This document shows, piece by piece, positions 11,960 to 24,494 of a stretch of DNA of 64,000 bases (positions are counted from its first letter, which is position 1; the number at the start of each line of letters is the position of its first letter). The notes beneath the pieces were generated by a model. That model saw nothing but the letters and a program-made list of their open reading frames with translations, was not told the DNA's origin and did no database searches. The stretch is from Takakia lepidozioides. Taxonomy: Eukaryota; Plantae; Bryophyta. Where the stretch lies: positions 64,790,001 to 64,854,000 of the forward strand of contig CM060731.1 in assembly GCA_030704615.1 (NCBI GenBank). The letters are read 5' to 3'. Made by a program: the position numbers and the translations under genes.

Positions 11960-13025
11960 TTCAACTTTTGCCTCCATTGTCCCACCATTGACTGGGTCAG
12001 AAAAGTATTCATTCCACAACCTCTCATCGTCTCGATTACCTGTTTCTGGATACTGCCCTATTGTTACATTCGCAGTATCATGTCAAAGTCACTCCAAACT
12101 ATCAAAAGTTCACTCAACCAGCTACTTGCAGAAACTTGAAAATTTAGGGCTGATTGTGATAAGAGCAGGGAAAAACAGGGTGAAATGTGTTGAAGAAGGT
12201 GCCTTCATTAGTAGTGCCTGAATTTATCAATTGTACCGCTGCTGCTGCAGCTTCCAGTTGATCATCTACCAATGCAGGTTTCTTGTAGCTATCCTTCCAC
12301 AGGGAATCATTGGTGATCTGGAGCTTGAAATCCAGCCTTCTTTGATGAATCTGGACCCACATCTCAGGGTCAAATCTGATGAGAGGGCACTGAAATAAGT
12401 CGAAGAAGAAGATGCTGTCACCACATTGTTCTTGACCTTGTTTCATGACCCATGGAGACCTGCTAGCAGCTGACACTGACCAACCCAATTCTGAATTGCA
12501 TCTATTTTTCTCTATAGTCCAACAGGCATTCACCTTTTTGTCTCCATTGTCCCACCATTGACTGGGGTCAGAAAAGTGTTCATTCCAAAACTTCTCCTCA
12601 TCTCTGTTATCTGTTTTTGGATACTTTCCTGCTGCCACAACGGCAGTAACTTGTCAGGGCCGAGTCTGATGAGAGGGCAAAACAGGCTGAAATAGGTCGA
12701 AGAAGAAGGTGCCCTCACCACATTGTCCTTGACCTTGTGTCATGACCCATGGAGGATTTGATCGACCATCAACCCAAAAGGACCTCTGTGTGTTGTCTGT
12801 AGTCAGGTAATGTCGGATTGGTATGTGAGAACCACCACGGTGCAGCTGAGCAGGCAGAGATTGAAACACGGCCTGCTAAGACCGAAGCTGAATCTCCCAA
12901 GAACCTTGTAAACATCAGAAAGAATACCAAATCATGGTACTAAGAGCCCCCATTTGCAGGATGGACAAACTTCTTCGCATCGTACATTAAGAAAAGCCAC
13001 ACCTTGCGGTTGTCCCACCATCTAT
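11960..13025 (-). pseudogene. Degenerate 5' exons with OSB-type PDF motifs belonging to the minus-strand PPR locus
   Basis: FWNEHFSDPSQWWDNGDKK, LDFKLQITNDSLWKDSYKKPALVDDQL and SFWVDGRSNPPWV. Paralogous to 13946-14670. Confidence 0.7.
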
Positions 13026-13945
13026 GAGAGCTCCTGCGGTGTACATAATCTGTGAACGTCTCCATCTGCGAATTGCAATCTGCCTGTGAAACCCCTCCTG
13101 CGGTTCAAGAAGATCAAGAAACGGGCAGTTTGGGCAGTTTTGAAAAACTTGGCGCGACAAATTCTATTGGCATTTTTCGGGCGGGCAATCCAGGCAGATT
13201 TAAAAACATACGAAACGTGGTAACGATGACGTGGTGGCGATGACGTGGCGATGATGACGTGGGGACGATGATGTGGCGACAAAAACGTGGCACTATGGCA
13301 TCCTATTCCTGCTCTACGCTAAACTAGCTTCCGACCTTAGGATCGTTAGGCCAGGTCGATAATTCTAGCGACGACCGAAGCTAAATTGCGCAAAAGACAT
13401 TTCCCAGCCTGGATCCGACGCGCATACAAAAAAGGACCGCCAAGTGTTTCGTGTAATCACCTAATTTGAATGGCATCCCTGAAGGCGCAATACCCACCGT
13501 CTGCAATGGACACCGTCCTCGGCGAATTGCGAAGGGAAACGCCGCTTTCAGCTCCACAGCCCCGCTGCATGACGCGAGGCCTCTCGTACGAGGAGCATAA
13601 TTGTTATGAAGCCCTCAGAAAGATTGTAGAAGCAGATTGTTGAGCAGAGGATGAGGGAGTTGAAGCTCTGAGGGCACTTTGGGGTGTCGTTCAGACTTGT
13701 GGCTGCTCAGCTGCCCCCTGGTCGTTTTCACAGACCACCTCAAAATCTCCAGCCTACAGACATAAGCTGGTTTAGCATATGTATAAGTTTGGACCTTTCC
13801 GAGTGTTACTCATTGTGTTGAGTCCAATGGAGCCCAAAGTGACTCGCATGAATTTTGTTGAAAGAGCACTAGCGCTCCTCCAGAAGGGAACTTGTCAAAA
13901 TGTTGATGCTGTGGGATTTTGGGGCACAAAGGCCTACTGGATAGC

Positions 13946-14670
13946 ATGGAGCAGAGGTGGCACGAGCTTTTTAAGGATCCTTCTCAATGGCGGGACAAAC
14001 GCAATCGCAAGGTGTTGTCCACCCTGCAAATGTGGGTTCTTCCTGTTAGTACCATGATTTGGTATTTTTCTTGGTGTTTACAAGGTCCTTGGGAGGGTCA
14101 GCTTGGTCTTAGGTCTTAGGAGGCGAGTTAAAATCTATTGCTGCTCAGCTGCACCGTGGTGGTTGTCCTCACGGAGTTCACCTGACTGCAGACGCAAGCA
14201 GTACGCACAAGATGTCCTTTTGGGTTGATGGTCGGTTGAATCCTCCATGGTTGAAAGAAAAGCTAGCTGCCATGACTCAAGGTCAAGGACAAAGTGGTGA
14301 GGGCACATTCTTCTTCACACATTTCAGCCTGTTTTGCCCTCTTATCAGAGTCATCCCTAGTTCTTCATGTTGAATTCTCCAAGTTAGTTCGTTTGGTGGA
14401 TCTATGGTGGTTGGGCTTGATTTTGACATGTAATTGCCAATGTGGCAGCAGGAAAGCCGCTAGCAGCAAGGCGAGGATGTATGCATGATTTGTGCAGAGG
14501 CAGGGATAGCTGAAGGAGCAGGGATAGAGTGTGGGTCCAGATTCATCCAAGAGGGCTGGATTTCAAGCACAAGGTTACCTATGGTTCCCATAGCTACAAC
14601 AAACCTGCATGGGTAGATGGTCAACTGGAAGCAGCAGCAGCGGCAGCACTGTTAATAACATCAGGCACCT
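13946..14670 (+). other. Exons encoding OSB-type PDF motifs directly upstream of the PPR ORF
   Basis: MEQRWHELFKDPSQWRDKRNRK, then intron 14012-14148, then LHRGG...SFWVDGRLNPPWLKEKL; a further half-motif IHPRGLDFKHKVT...KPAWVDGQL at ~14541-14630. Confidence 0.7.
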
Positions 14671-14703
14671 CAACAGACAGAAGACCAAGAAAGGGAGTCC
14701 ACA

Positions 14704-17700
14704 ATGGCCTTTCTGGCACTTACTCGGCATGTGAGGAGGCTATGTGAGGCAGGGCGCCTGAAGGAGGCTCTACAGACTTTAAACCAAGGAGGCATTTCAG
14801 CAGATTCAGATACTTATGTCTGTCTCTTGCATAAGTGCATCAAGATGAAAGGCCTGGAAGCTGGAAAGCAGGTGCATGCTCACATTATCCAAAGTGGATT
14901 CAAGCCAAACGTTTTCCTACACAACACCCTTGTCAACATGTATGTTAAGTGCGGGAGCATCATGGATGCTCACCAAGTGTTCAACAGAATGCCTCAACGA
15001 TGTTTGATCTCGTGGAATATAATGATGGCAGGATTTACCAAGCATGGGTGTGATAGGAAGGCTTTGGAGACCTACGAGCAAATGATACGGGAAGGGGTGA
15101 AGCCCAACCACATCACGTATGTTAGTGTTTGTAATGCGTGTGCAAGCCTGGCAGCCCTGCAAAAGGGCAAAGAGGTCCATGATGACATTGTGAAAGCTGG
15201 AATTGTACCAGATGTCATTCTGAACAGTACCCTGGTGAACATGTATGCCAAATGTGGGTGCATTGATGATGCAAAGGGAGTGTTTGACAATATGGCTGAA
15301 CGAAATGTGGTGTCGTGGAGTGCGATGATTGCAGGATATGCACAGCAGGGGCACGGTATGGAGGCTTTGGAGACCTACGAGCAAATGGTGAGGGAAGGGG
15401 TGAAGCCCAACCACATCACATTTGTTTGCGTTTGCAATGCGTGTGCGATCCTGGCAGCCCTGGAAAAGGGCAAAGAGGTCCATGGTGACATTGTCAAAGC
15501 TGGAATTGTACCAGATGTTGTTCTGAACACTGCTCTGATGAACATGTATGCGAAATGTGGGAGCATCGAGGATGCAAAGGCAGTGTTGGACTATATGGCT
15601 GAACGAGATGTGGTGTCTTGGACTGCGATGATCACAGCTTATGCACAGCAGGGGCGCGGGATGGAGGCTTTGGAGACCTATGAGCAAATGATGAGGGAAG
15701 GGGTGAAGCCCGACCACATCACGTTTGTTTGCGTCTGCAAGGTGTGTGCGAGCCTGGCATCCCTGGATAAGGGCAAGGAAGTCCATGGGGACATTGTCAA
15801 AGCTGGAATTGTACCAGGTGTCATTCTGAATAGTACCCTGGTGGACATGTATGCCAAATGTGGGTGCATTGAGGATGCAAAGGGAGTGTTCGACGTAATG
15901 GCTGAACGAAATGTGGTGTCTTGGAGCGCGATGATTGCAGGATATGCACAGCATGGGTGCGGGATGGAGGCTTTGGAGACCTACGAGCAAATGGTGAGGG
16001 AAGGGGTGACGCCCAACCACATCACGTTTATTTCTGTCTGCAATGCGTGTGCAAACCTAGCAGCCCTGGGAAAGGGCAGAGAGGTCCATGGTGACATCAT
16101 CAAAACAGGAATTGAACCAGATGTTGTTCTGAACAATACCCTCGTGGACATGTATGCCAAATGTGGGTGCATCGAGGATGCAAAGAAGGTGTTCGACAAT
16201 ATGACTGAACGAGATGTGGTGTCTTGGAACGCCATGATCGCAGGATATGCACAGCATGGGCGCGGGATGGAGGCTTTGGAGACCTATGAGCAAATGGTTA
16301 GGGAAGGGGTGAAGGCCAACCACATAACGTTTGTTTGCGTTTGCAATTCGTGTGCAAGCCTGGCAGCCCTGGAAAAGGGCAAAGAGGTCCATGGTGACAT
16401 CGTGAAAGCTGAAATTGTACCAAATGTCATTCTGAACAATACCCTTGTGGACATGTATGCCAAATGTGGGTGCATCCAGGATGCAGAAAGAGTGTTCAAC
16501 AATATGGCCGAACGAGATGTGGTGTCTTGGAACGCGATGATTGCAGGATATGCACAGCAGGGGCGCGGGATGGAGGCTTTGGAGAGCTATGAGCAAATGG
16601 TGAGGGAAGAGGTGAAGCCTGATCACATCACGTTTGTTTGCATTTTGAATGCATGTGCAAGCCTGGCAGCCCTGGAAAAGGGCAGAGAGGTCCATGGTGA
16701 CATCGTCTCAGGTGGAATTGTACCAAATGTCATTCTCAGCAATGCCCTCGTGGCCATGTATGCCAAATCTGGGTGCATCAAGGATGCAACAGGAGTGTTT
16801 GATAATATGGCTGAACGAGATGCGGCCTCCTGGAACACGCTGATCGCAGGATATGCACAGAAGGGGTGCGGGATGGAGGCTTTGGAGACCTATGAGCAAA
16901 TGATGCTGGAAGGGGTGAAGCCCAACCATATCACATTTGTTTGCGTTTGCAATGCGTGTGCAAGCCTGGCAGCCCTGGAAAAGGGCAGGGAGGTCCATGG
17001 TGACATCATCAAAGCTGGAATTGTACCAGATGTCATTCTGAACAATACCCTCGCAGACATGTATGCCAAATGTGGGTGCATCGAGGATGCAAAGGGAGTG
17101 TTCGACAATATGGCGGAACGAGATGTTGTGTCATGGAATGCAATGATTTCAGGATATGCACAGCAGGGGTTCAGGATGGAGGCTTTGGAGACTTACAAGC
17201 AAATGTTGCGGGAAGGGGTGAAGCCCGACCACGTCACGTTTGTTTGTGTTTGCAATGTCTGTGCGATCCTGGCAGCCCTGGAAAAGGGCAAAGATGTCCA
17301 TGGTGACATCGTCAAAGCTGGAATTGTACCAGATGTCATTCTGAACAATACTCTCGTGGACATGTATGCCAAATGTGGGTGCATTGACGATGCAAAGGTA
17401 GTGTTCGACAATATGGCAGAACGAGATGTGGTGTCCTGGAATGCAATGATGGCAGGATATGCCCAGCATGGTTGTCATAGGGAGGTCCTGCAACTATTTG
17501 AAGGAATGCAAAAGGAAGGCTTGAAGCCGGACAGTATCACATTTATATGTGTTCTCTCTGCATGCAGCCATGTTGGCCTACTGTATGAAGGAAGACGCTT
17601 CTTCGATTCCCTGAGTCAAGATCATGGTGTCACTCCGACAGTAAAGCACTTTGGCTGCATGGTGGACCTTCTTGGACGTGCGGGGAGATTGGATGAGGCA

Positions 17701-17832
17701 GAGGACCTCATTAGTAAAATGCCAATCAAACCAGATGCTGTGGTATGGAAGGCCTTGCTTGGTGCCTGCAGAGTCCATGGCAATGTGGAGATGGCTGAAC
17801 GTGCAGCAACATCTATTCTCAGGTGGGATTAA
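14704..17832 (+). CDS. PLS-class pentatricopeptide repeat protein (organellar C-to-U editing factor type), nine 101-aa L-S-P triplets plus L2-S2-E1, ending at a premature stop
   Basis: 1042-aa intronless ORF with 303-nt periodicity and terminal SACSHVGL, GCMVDLLGRAG and VWKALLGAC motifs. Confidence 0.95.
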   Translation: MAFLALTRHVRRLCEAGRLKEALQTLNQGGISADSDTYVCLLHKCIKMKGLEAGKQVHAHIIQSGFKPNVFLHNTLVNMYVKCGSIMDAHQVFNRMPQRCLISWNIMMAGFTKHGCDRKALETYEQMIREGVKPNHITYVSVCNACASLAALQKGKEVHDDIVKAGIVPDVILNSTLVNMYAKCGCIDDAKGVFDNMAERNVVSWSAMIAGYAQQGHGMEALETYEQMVREGVKPNHITFVCVCNACAILAALEKGKEVHGDIVKAGIVPDVVLNTALMNMYAKCGSIEDAKAVLDYMAERDVVSWTAMITAYAQQGRGMEALETYEQMMREGVKPDHITFVCVCKVCASLASLDKGKEVHGDIVKAGIVPGVILNSTLVDMYAKCGCIEDAKGVFDVMAERNVVSWSAMIAGYAQHGCGMEALETYEQMVREGVTPNHITFISVCNACANLAALGKGREVHGDIIKTGIEPDVVLNNTLVDMYAKCGCIEDAKKVFDNMTERDVVSWNAMIAGYAQHGRGMEALETYEQMVREGVKANHITFVCVCNSCASLAALEKGKEVHGDIVKAEIVPNVILNNTLVDMYAKCGCIQDAERVFNNMAERDVVSWNAMIAGYAQQGRGMEALESYEQMVREEVKPDHITFVCILNACASLAALEKGREVHGDIVSGGIVPNVILSNALVAMYAKSGCIKDATGVFDNMAERDAASWNTLIAGYAQKGCGMEALETYEQMMLEGVKPNHITFVCVCNACASLAALEKGREVHGDIIKAGIVPDVILNNTLADMYAKCGCIEDAKGVFDNMAERDVVSWNAMISGYAQQGFRMEALETYKQMLREGVKPDHVTFVCVCNVCAILAALEKGKDVHGDIVKAGIVPDVILNNTLVDMYAKCGCIDDAKVVFDNMAERDVVSWNAMMAGYAQHGCHREVLQLFEGMQKEGLKPDSITFICVLSACSHVGLLYEGRRFFDSLSQDHGVTPTVKHFGCMVDLLGRAGRLDEAEDLISKMPIKPDAVVWKALLGACRVHGNVEMAERAATSILRWD

Positions 17833-18348
17833 CAGGACGCCGCAACTTACGTGTTGCTATCCACATCTATGCCACAGCTGGCAGGTTGAACGATAGCGCA
17901 AAGGTGAGAAAAGTAATGAAGGTCAGAGGGGTCACAAAGGAACCAGGTCGCTGCTGCATTGAGGTTGGCAACAGGGTGCACACCTTTGTTGTAGATGACA
18001 AACTGCATCCCAAAATTAAGGAGATCATGCTGAGCTGAGAACATTGCCTGGGCAGATGAAGGAGGCAGGGTATGTGCCTGACACACGCTTTGTATTGCAT
18101 GATGTGGGAGAGGAGCAGAAGGAATTTCTCTTTGCCACCACAGTGAGAAGCTGGCCATTGGTTTTGGGCTGATCAGCACGGCCCCTAGGACGTCTCTCCT
18201 TCTCATCAAGAATCTTCGGGTGTGTGGTGACTGCCACACCTCCACCAAGTTCATCTCAAAGATTGTTGGCCGAGCAATTATTGTACGGGACAATATCCGC
18301 TTTCACCACTTTGAAGATGGGGTTTGTTTTTGTGAGGATTATTGGTGA
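17833..18348 (+). pseudogene. Disabled E2-DYW deaminase tail of the PPR gene
   Basis: After TAA 17830-17832, across three frameshifts: KEPGRCCIEV (PG box), [29 protein letters not shown], and [15 protein letters not shown] ending at 18348. Confidence 0.93.
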
Positions 18349-19672
18349 AACTATATTTTTCTGGATGTGTCTGGCTTCATTCATTGATCGGTGTAGCTAC
18401 TCAGTTCATGCACTGTTTCCTGAAATATTGACCGTAATGTACTTTTGAAGGCATTTCCTGTGGCATATCCACAGGAAATGATAGTGAAGTCTACCCAGCA
18501 TAGGTGCAATTGACTGGAGCATGTAATGAGCGAAGGGGGGATTTTGACTGACTCTGGTGATATGCTGTCCTAATTCTGGTGTGGGTGGTGGAGCCAAGCT
18601 TCTCCAAGGCTTGGAGATGGAAGTGGAAACGTTTTGTAACGGGCTTGACTAGAGGGGCAGCCAAGTTTCTTCAGCATCTTCAATTTGGACATGTTTGTAT
18701 GTCTCTCGTGGTGGTGCTTCAGATAGAGCACGTGACTTAACTTGCATGAATGTTGTCGAAGGGTAGTCTGAACCCACCAAGATCCAATTTCATGGTGGCC
18801 ACTTGAAAGTTCACATAGTGATTGCAATGGAATTTGGGTATTCTGTGCGGCATGAATTGGATTTGCAGGACTCTCTCACACTAAAACTTCGGTTTGTGCA
18901 TGTTGGAGGGGCAGTGTTCACCTACTCCACCCACTTCAGAAACAATGGCCTACAGTTCAAGACCAGATTTGGGAGCATGTATGAAACAATTGCACATAGT
19001 TTCGAACAGTGATCGGCAATACTACTACTGTTTCAGGAAGCAAGTGCCAATTGCTGGCGTACACCAAACTAAGGGATCCACTGGCATGCAGATGGGATCA
19101 ACAAGTGGAGAACATTGGGGATTCTCAATTGATCACTAGCCTTTCGCACAAAACATGATCATATACCTAGAACATACCTTTAAAAAGTCTCTTTTTATAA
19201 GAGAAGATGTGACTGAATTGTTTGTATATACTAGAAAAAAATACCTTTTGTTTCTCCTTGAGATACTCTATAGAAAGCTGGCCTAATGATAAGTGTTGAG
19301 GCACAAGGGACCACCTCTGCCCCACAAAAGCTTAGACATGGACTGTGCGAGGGGGGAAGATCAATTGACTGAGAAAATTTGTGCAATCGGAACAATAACT
19401 CTCTCAACAAAACCTTGAGACAAGACAAACATATTGGATATGAATATTTTCCTGAGTGAAAAATAAAATCATAAAAGAAAAATTGTCGGTAACTCAAACG
19501 TATTGCATGTTTATTCTATTGCTTGAGAGTACATCAGACATTGAGAAGGGCAGTGTTTGAGAGAGAGTTGGAAGGCAACACCATGCCGTGCGAGCTATCT
19601 TTGCATAGACATGGCATATATTCTTTGCAACGCAATAACAAACCTGTTGACGATAGAAGGCCCAAAGAATAG

Positions 19673-19912
19673 AGGCGATGTTTCTAATGCTCTTGTTTCC
19701 ATGAGCACAAGTATATGTTACAAGATCAGTATTCAGCTCTCATGCTAACAATCAGTACATAGAATCTCGAGGCTGAGCCTGAAGCTCTGGCCAGGCGATG
19801 TTTCTAATGCTCTTGTTTCCATGAGCACAAGTATATGTTACAAGATCAGTATTCAGCTCTCATGCTAACAATCAGTACATAGAATCTTGAGGCTGAGCCT
19901 GAAGCTCTGGCC
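19673..19912. repeat. 120-bp direct tandem duplication, 2 copies
   Basis: 19673-19792 and 19793-19912 differ at one position (tctcga vs tcttga). Confidence 0.95.
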
Positions 19913-20442
19913 TGTCTGGGTCTAATTGCTGGGCAGCTCACACTTACCAAGATAAAGACAATTAGTTCAGGCTTTCCAGATATCCCCTAGAAAGCCCCTC
20001 ATACAAGCATTTAGCCCACAGTGTCTGTTCCCTTTGTTCTACCCGCAGGGTCTATGACCACAAGCCTACGGCACACAACGTCTTATGAGTACATTCTATG
20101 TACCCCATGAAAAAGACAAAGAGAAGGTGTTTACCAGAAGTAGAGTCTTGCAAGCCACTAAATGCAACTTATTGTACATCCTAAAGTCTGTCTCTTGTGA
20201 TGTGGAGCAAGACTAAATAGCTGGATGTGTGAAAGCCTACCATATGCAAATACTAACTTTCAAAACCCAGTGACCTCATGTGGCCATCACCTGCTTGGCT
20301 GTGATGCAATACTGGCAGATGCCAAAGTGGCAGCTCTGACTAACGAATGACCAAGACAGGTCAACTGTAATTCATTTTCTGACCTCTATACTAAACCAAC
20401 CTCACAAATGGTGAGAGACTCTCACCTGCCAGGCAGTTGGAT

Positions 20443-23400
20443 TTAGAGAAAAAAATCATCGGCATTGTCACGTAGAAGTGCCTCAATGTCATCAGTCGAA
20501 TCCCAACCTGCTAACTGTGCAGCTGCTGAGAATTTGGCAACAAAAGGCTGGGCTTTAGTAGGAACACTCCCCAGCATTGGACCTGCTGTGACTGGTCTCT
20601 CTTGGCCTTGAGATCGCTGGCCTGCCAATGCAAAGAGAAATCTGGTTATCAGTTCCACTCTTCCCCACAGTCGAAAATCTTAGGCTTAGAAGGCCACAAA
20701 ACACTACAGAACAGATAAAGAGCCAGCCTTGAGCCAGTTTTTCTACGGTTGGAAACCATTCATCTAGCTGCGAAGAACTTCTTTTATTGTCGAATGGCAA
20801 GTCTGAATCCAAACACTACCCATACCCCACTTCCAACCTTACAAAGACTGAGATTCTCAGTTCCATGCATCTCTCCAGACTCTGCTCTAGCTGGAAGCCA
20901 TTCACCAATGGCCAATTAAGGGCTGCTGTCACACAAGAAAGGAACCCAGATAATTTTTCCAATGCTGCTTTGCAACCAAAAAACTTTAACATTTCATGAT
21001 TCTTTCACTCCTAAAACCCTCTTAGGAAAGAAAACATACTCCACATGTCGAACTGAATAGGATCGTTTATCTTTTCTTGGGGGAGGCGAGTGTCCCGAGC
21101 AAAAACCTTCCATGACATAATAACCAGCAACTTGTTAGCAACCTAACTTAATCTTGTCTTGGAAATGTCACCTCACCTGCACAATAGCCATGGAGATATT
21201 AGGTAGTGACATTGCATGAAAATATCTCTCCGATGCTGTGACTGTGGGTTCTTATCAACATAGTGAGCTGGCAGAGTCTTCTGGTGTCTTATGCAGGCTG
21301 GGTCTGGAGAAGGATTTAAAGAGTGTGCAGCCCCCACAGTGGAGTACTGCTTCCACAGCCCAGCCAAAATGTTTGTGTGGCAATGAGGTCTTTCAGTGGA
21401 ACACCGGGGTGCTACGCCCATAGAGCCCTTCCAGCAATGACAGGGCAAAGTTTTGAGATGAGAAAGTACAGCATAATGACAAGGTATTCATGATTTGAAG
21501 CCAATTGCAGAAGCCAATTGCAGTTTGAGACCTATTTTTACACCCTGCTACAAAACTCGACTCTCCCATCATTGGAAGAGAGGGTTACACCTGGGGCACT
21601 GAAGCACTAAACGGGGGTAATGCAGGTTGAGGGAAAGGAGACCAACCTGGACAACATTGTTGACAGTGATATTGAGGTACCGTGCTCCAGACCTTGGGCT
21701 GAAAATGGCCACCTGACAAGCAGATTTATCAGGCATCTTAGACCATCTCTAGCATTGCATGCTGAAGCAGAACACAAAGTGGAAACATCTTGGTAGGAAT
21801 CTCAAAATGTAGATTTGGTTTCCAGAACTTTGTGGAGGTGACTGCCAGCTGCACAGTGCGTGTTCCACTACCTGAGCCTCAGGAAACTTTTCAGACACCT
21901 CTTTGCCTAGTAGTTTGCAGTTGAATCATTTTCTGGTAGTGTTCCGATAGTAGGTTCACCCTCCTTGCAAGGTCTACCTTCCTCAATATAATGACAGCTC
22001 CTGGTGCAATGTCACTGCCAAATTCTGATTCACAGAGGACCTTATGATTGACACAACCTTGGACTGTGCCTGTTGGATCCTGCATGACATGTCGAACAAG
22101 CCAATGAATTCAGTGACTGCCGCCTGCCGTGGGTCTACATTGCGATGCCTTAATTTGTAGATCTGGTGGGTCCAAAGATTACACTATGCAGTATCGGAGT
22201 ATCATGTCACTGTTTCTGTCTACCCATGTCAACATCTAGTAGTAAACAAGCTACAATGCTTTACCTAGTGAGAATATCACTTTGGCATTTCTGCAGCTCT
22301 GGGCAAGGCATGTCAGAGAAGTAGCTTAGTAATCAACAAAAATGCATACAATGTGACATTTTGTTGTTAATTTACCCTAAATGATCACAAAGCAGTATGT
22401 TCCAAACTTGAAGTGCTTAAATATGTGGGTATAGGACCAGAAGAAGCAGCCACAAAGTAAATTGAAAGATGTGAAGCAGCGGTTTTGGAAGGGACACCAA
22501 GGTGAATTATAACCTAGGTGTATCCCCAAGGTCAGGCCTTCTTCTCTTTTGTCAGAAACAATGACTGACACTAGATGGACATTCAGCACTGCTATGCTGC
22601 ATAACTCTGAGATTTCATTACCTTAAGTGATACAAATGCATCTCCATAAGTGTTTGGTGTGAATTCTTTGATCACAGCAACAAGCTACATGCATGCCACA
22701 CACAGATATGGTCAAGGTGATTAACCAGGAAAAAGGGCAGAAATGTAAAACATCCTATTGTGAAGACTATTAAATTTAGCCCTTCCATAGGAGCTACATG
22801 CTAGCTACTACACTCTCTCATACAATAACTCTAGAGCCCTCTAAAGAAACGCAGGAGTCGTTGAGGGGAAGAGGTCCCGTTTACTCCAGCCTTAGCCCTT
22901 CCTTTCTCTCTTTCATCAAGCATATGCGAGCCAAAATGAGGAACGATCTTTATCTCTCATAAACACAACCATATTGATGAAAAGGAATCAATACAACAGT
23001 TAGAAAGACTGAGGAGCATACATACATTGGGAACGTGACTTTGATAAGCTGAAGTCTTGATGCTGCTTGCTGTCGACTTAAGCACCGTATAGCGAGCTGT
23101 AGCAATAACAATGCAAGAAAATCACTTCAAAGGTGAAATGCAAGAAAATCTAAACACCTCCTCTTGTTCCAATTGAGGGCTGGAGATTTGTCTCCAGCAA
23201 ATGCTATTTTCGATCTAAACTCAGATACACGCAATAGGACGGTAAGGTTAAAATACAGCACAAGACCAGTCAACTATTGAATGCTTGCCGAATGTCTGTT
23301 GGGGTCTTTCACTTGCGCTTTCTTTGTGGCAGGATACCTACACGAGGCTGTCCACTTTTGTCCCATAAGCTCATTGAGCTTTGCGTTGACGTTAAAAAGT

Positions 23401-24176
23401 GAACTTTCATTCTGTCTCTTTTCCCTCAACCAACGTATTTACAAGGTCAGCAGACGGTTGAGTACCACAAGTAAACAGCTGGATCGCATACCAGGATCGA
23501 ATTCCTCAACATCGAGAGTTTTCATGGCAGTGAGCCAGGGACCTCCCTCGAAATCCGCATCACAGGGGGTTTTCTCGCCACGGGTAGCGTCATGTTTCCC
23601 AGCCACTCGAAATCTTTTCCTTTCAACAGTAAACCCTTCTCTGTACGCATCTGCTGGTCCCGGTATTCTAATGGATAACTTTGCCTCAGTTGCCTTGGTA
23701 GCTACCTGTCCGGTCCTTCCTCCGATTTCAGTAGATAGTCGTTGAATGTCGGACTGCAGCGAAGCTTGTGAAGTCTCCAAATGCTTCAGCACTTCAGCGC
23801 ATTGATTTCTAGTTTGTAAACCTAAAGCTTCTTCTCTCTCATGCACATTTATGTACGGGTTCGGGTCTGGGAGAGAGAGGGCTCGGGAAACACGTAGTGG
23901 TCTCTGGGACTGCACCTGATCCCGCTGTTCGGCAATACGATTTCCACATGCTGAAAAACCAAAAGCTTTTTCTCTTCTACTCTTTCTCGAACATACGAAA
24001 TCAAGCTCCTCGCTTGTCGGTGTAGCTTGTGCAATTTCAAACACCCCTGTTTCTGGGAAGGAAAAAGGATCGTCGAGCTCCTCCTGTATAACTTGAGATG
24101 GAAAAACTGTCTTTCCTTCCCCTTGCCAAATCACATCAAAGACATCCGCCTCCAACTCCGCTTCCCATGTCGACAT
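20443..24176 (-). CDS. HROB: Multi-exon HROB/C17orf53 (MCM8IP, DUF4539 OB-fold)-like protein
   Basis: Spliced exons read FEGGPWLTAM (~23.5k), LVAVIKEFTPNTYGDAFVSLK (~22684-22622), DPTGTVQGCVNHKVL..GSDIAPGAVIILRK (~22079-21978) and VAIFSPRSGARYLNITVNNVVQ (~21713-21648). Start and stop exons are approximate. Confidence 0.85.
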
Positions 24177-24422
24177 GGAATTCAAGCTCGCAACCAAACC
24201 CTCACTCGTCCTCCAGGGCGCCAAACGCCAGTTCAAAAACAAATAAACTTCCGTTGCCCCTCCGGTCAATTTTCACAACGACAGAATCTTTTCGTTCGTT
24301 ATCTCCTTCATTTCGCCTTCCTTCTTCTTCCGTCTCCGTCGTCAGCTGTTGCCGCTCCAGGGCAACCGTAAGCATTTTGGACGGACGGTCACTCACATAA
24401 GTCTTTCTTCCACAGCGACGTG

Positions 24423-24494
24423 AATTACGGCTGCATGGTAGACCTTCTTGGTCGTGCAGGGCGGTTGGAGGAGGCGGAGGAATTCATGAACGAT
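24423..24494 (+). pseudogene. Isolated PPR S2-motif fragment
   Basis: Translates as NYGCMVDLLGRAGRLEEAEEFMND. Confidence 0.75.

Noticed and set aside
14917-17493. Long antisense ORFs over the PPR arrays (also 62164-63975)
   Set aside because: Shadow frames produced by the 303-nt coding repeat; no independent motifs.
17930-18348. U-to-C (DYW:KP-type) deaminase
   Set aside because: The PG box, HSEK and terminal DYW are those of the canonical C-to-U type.
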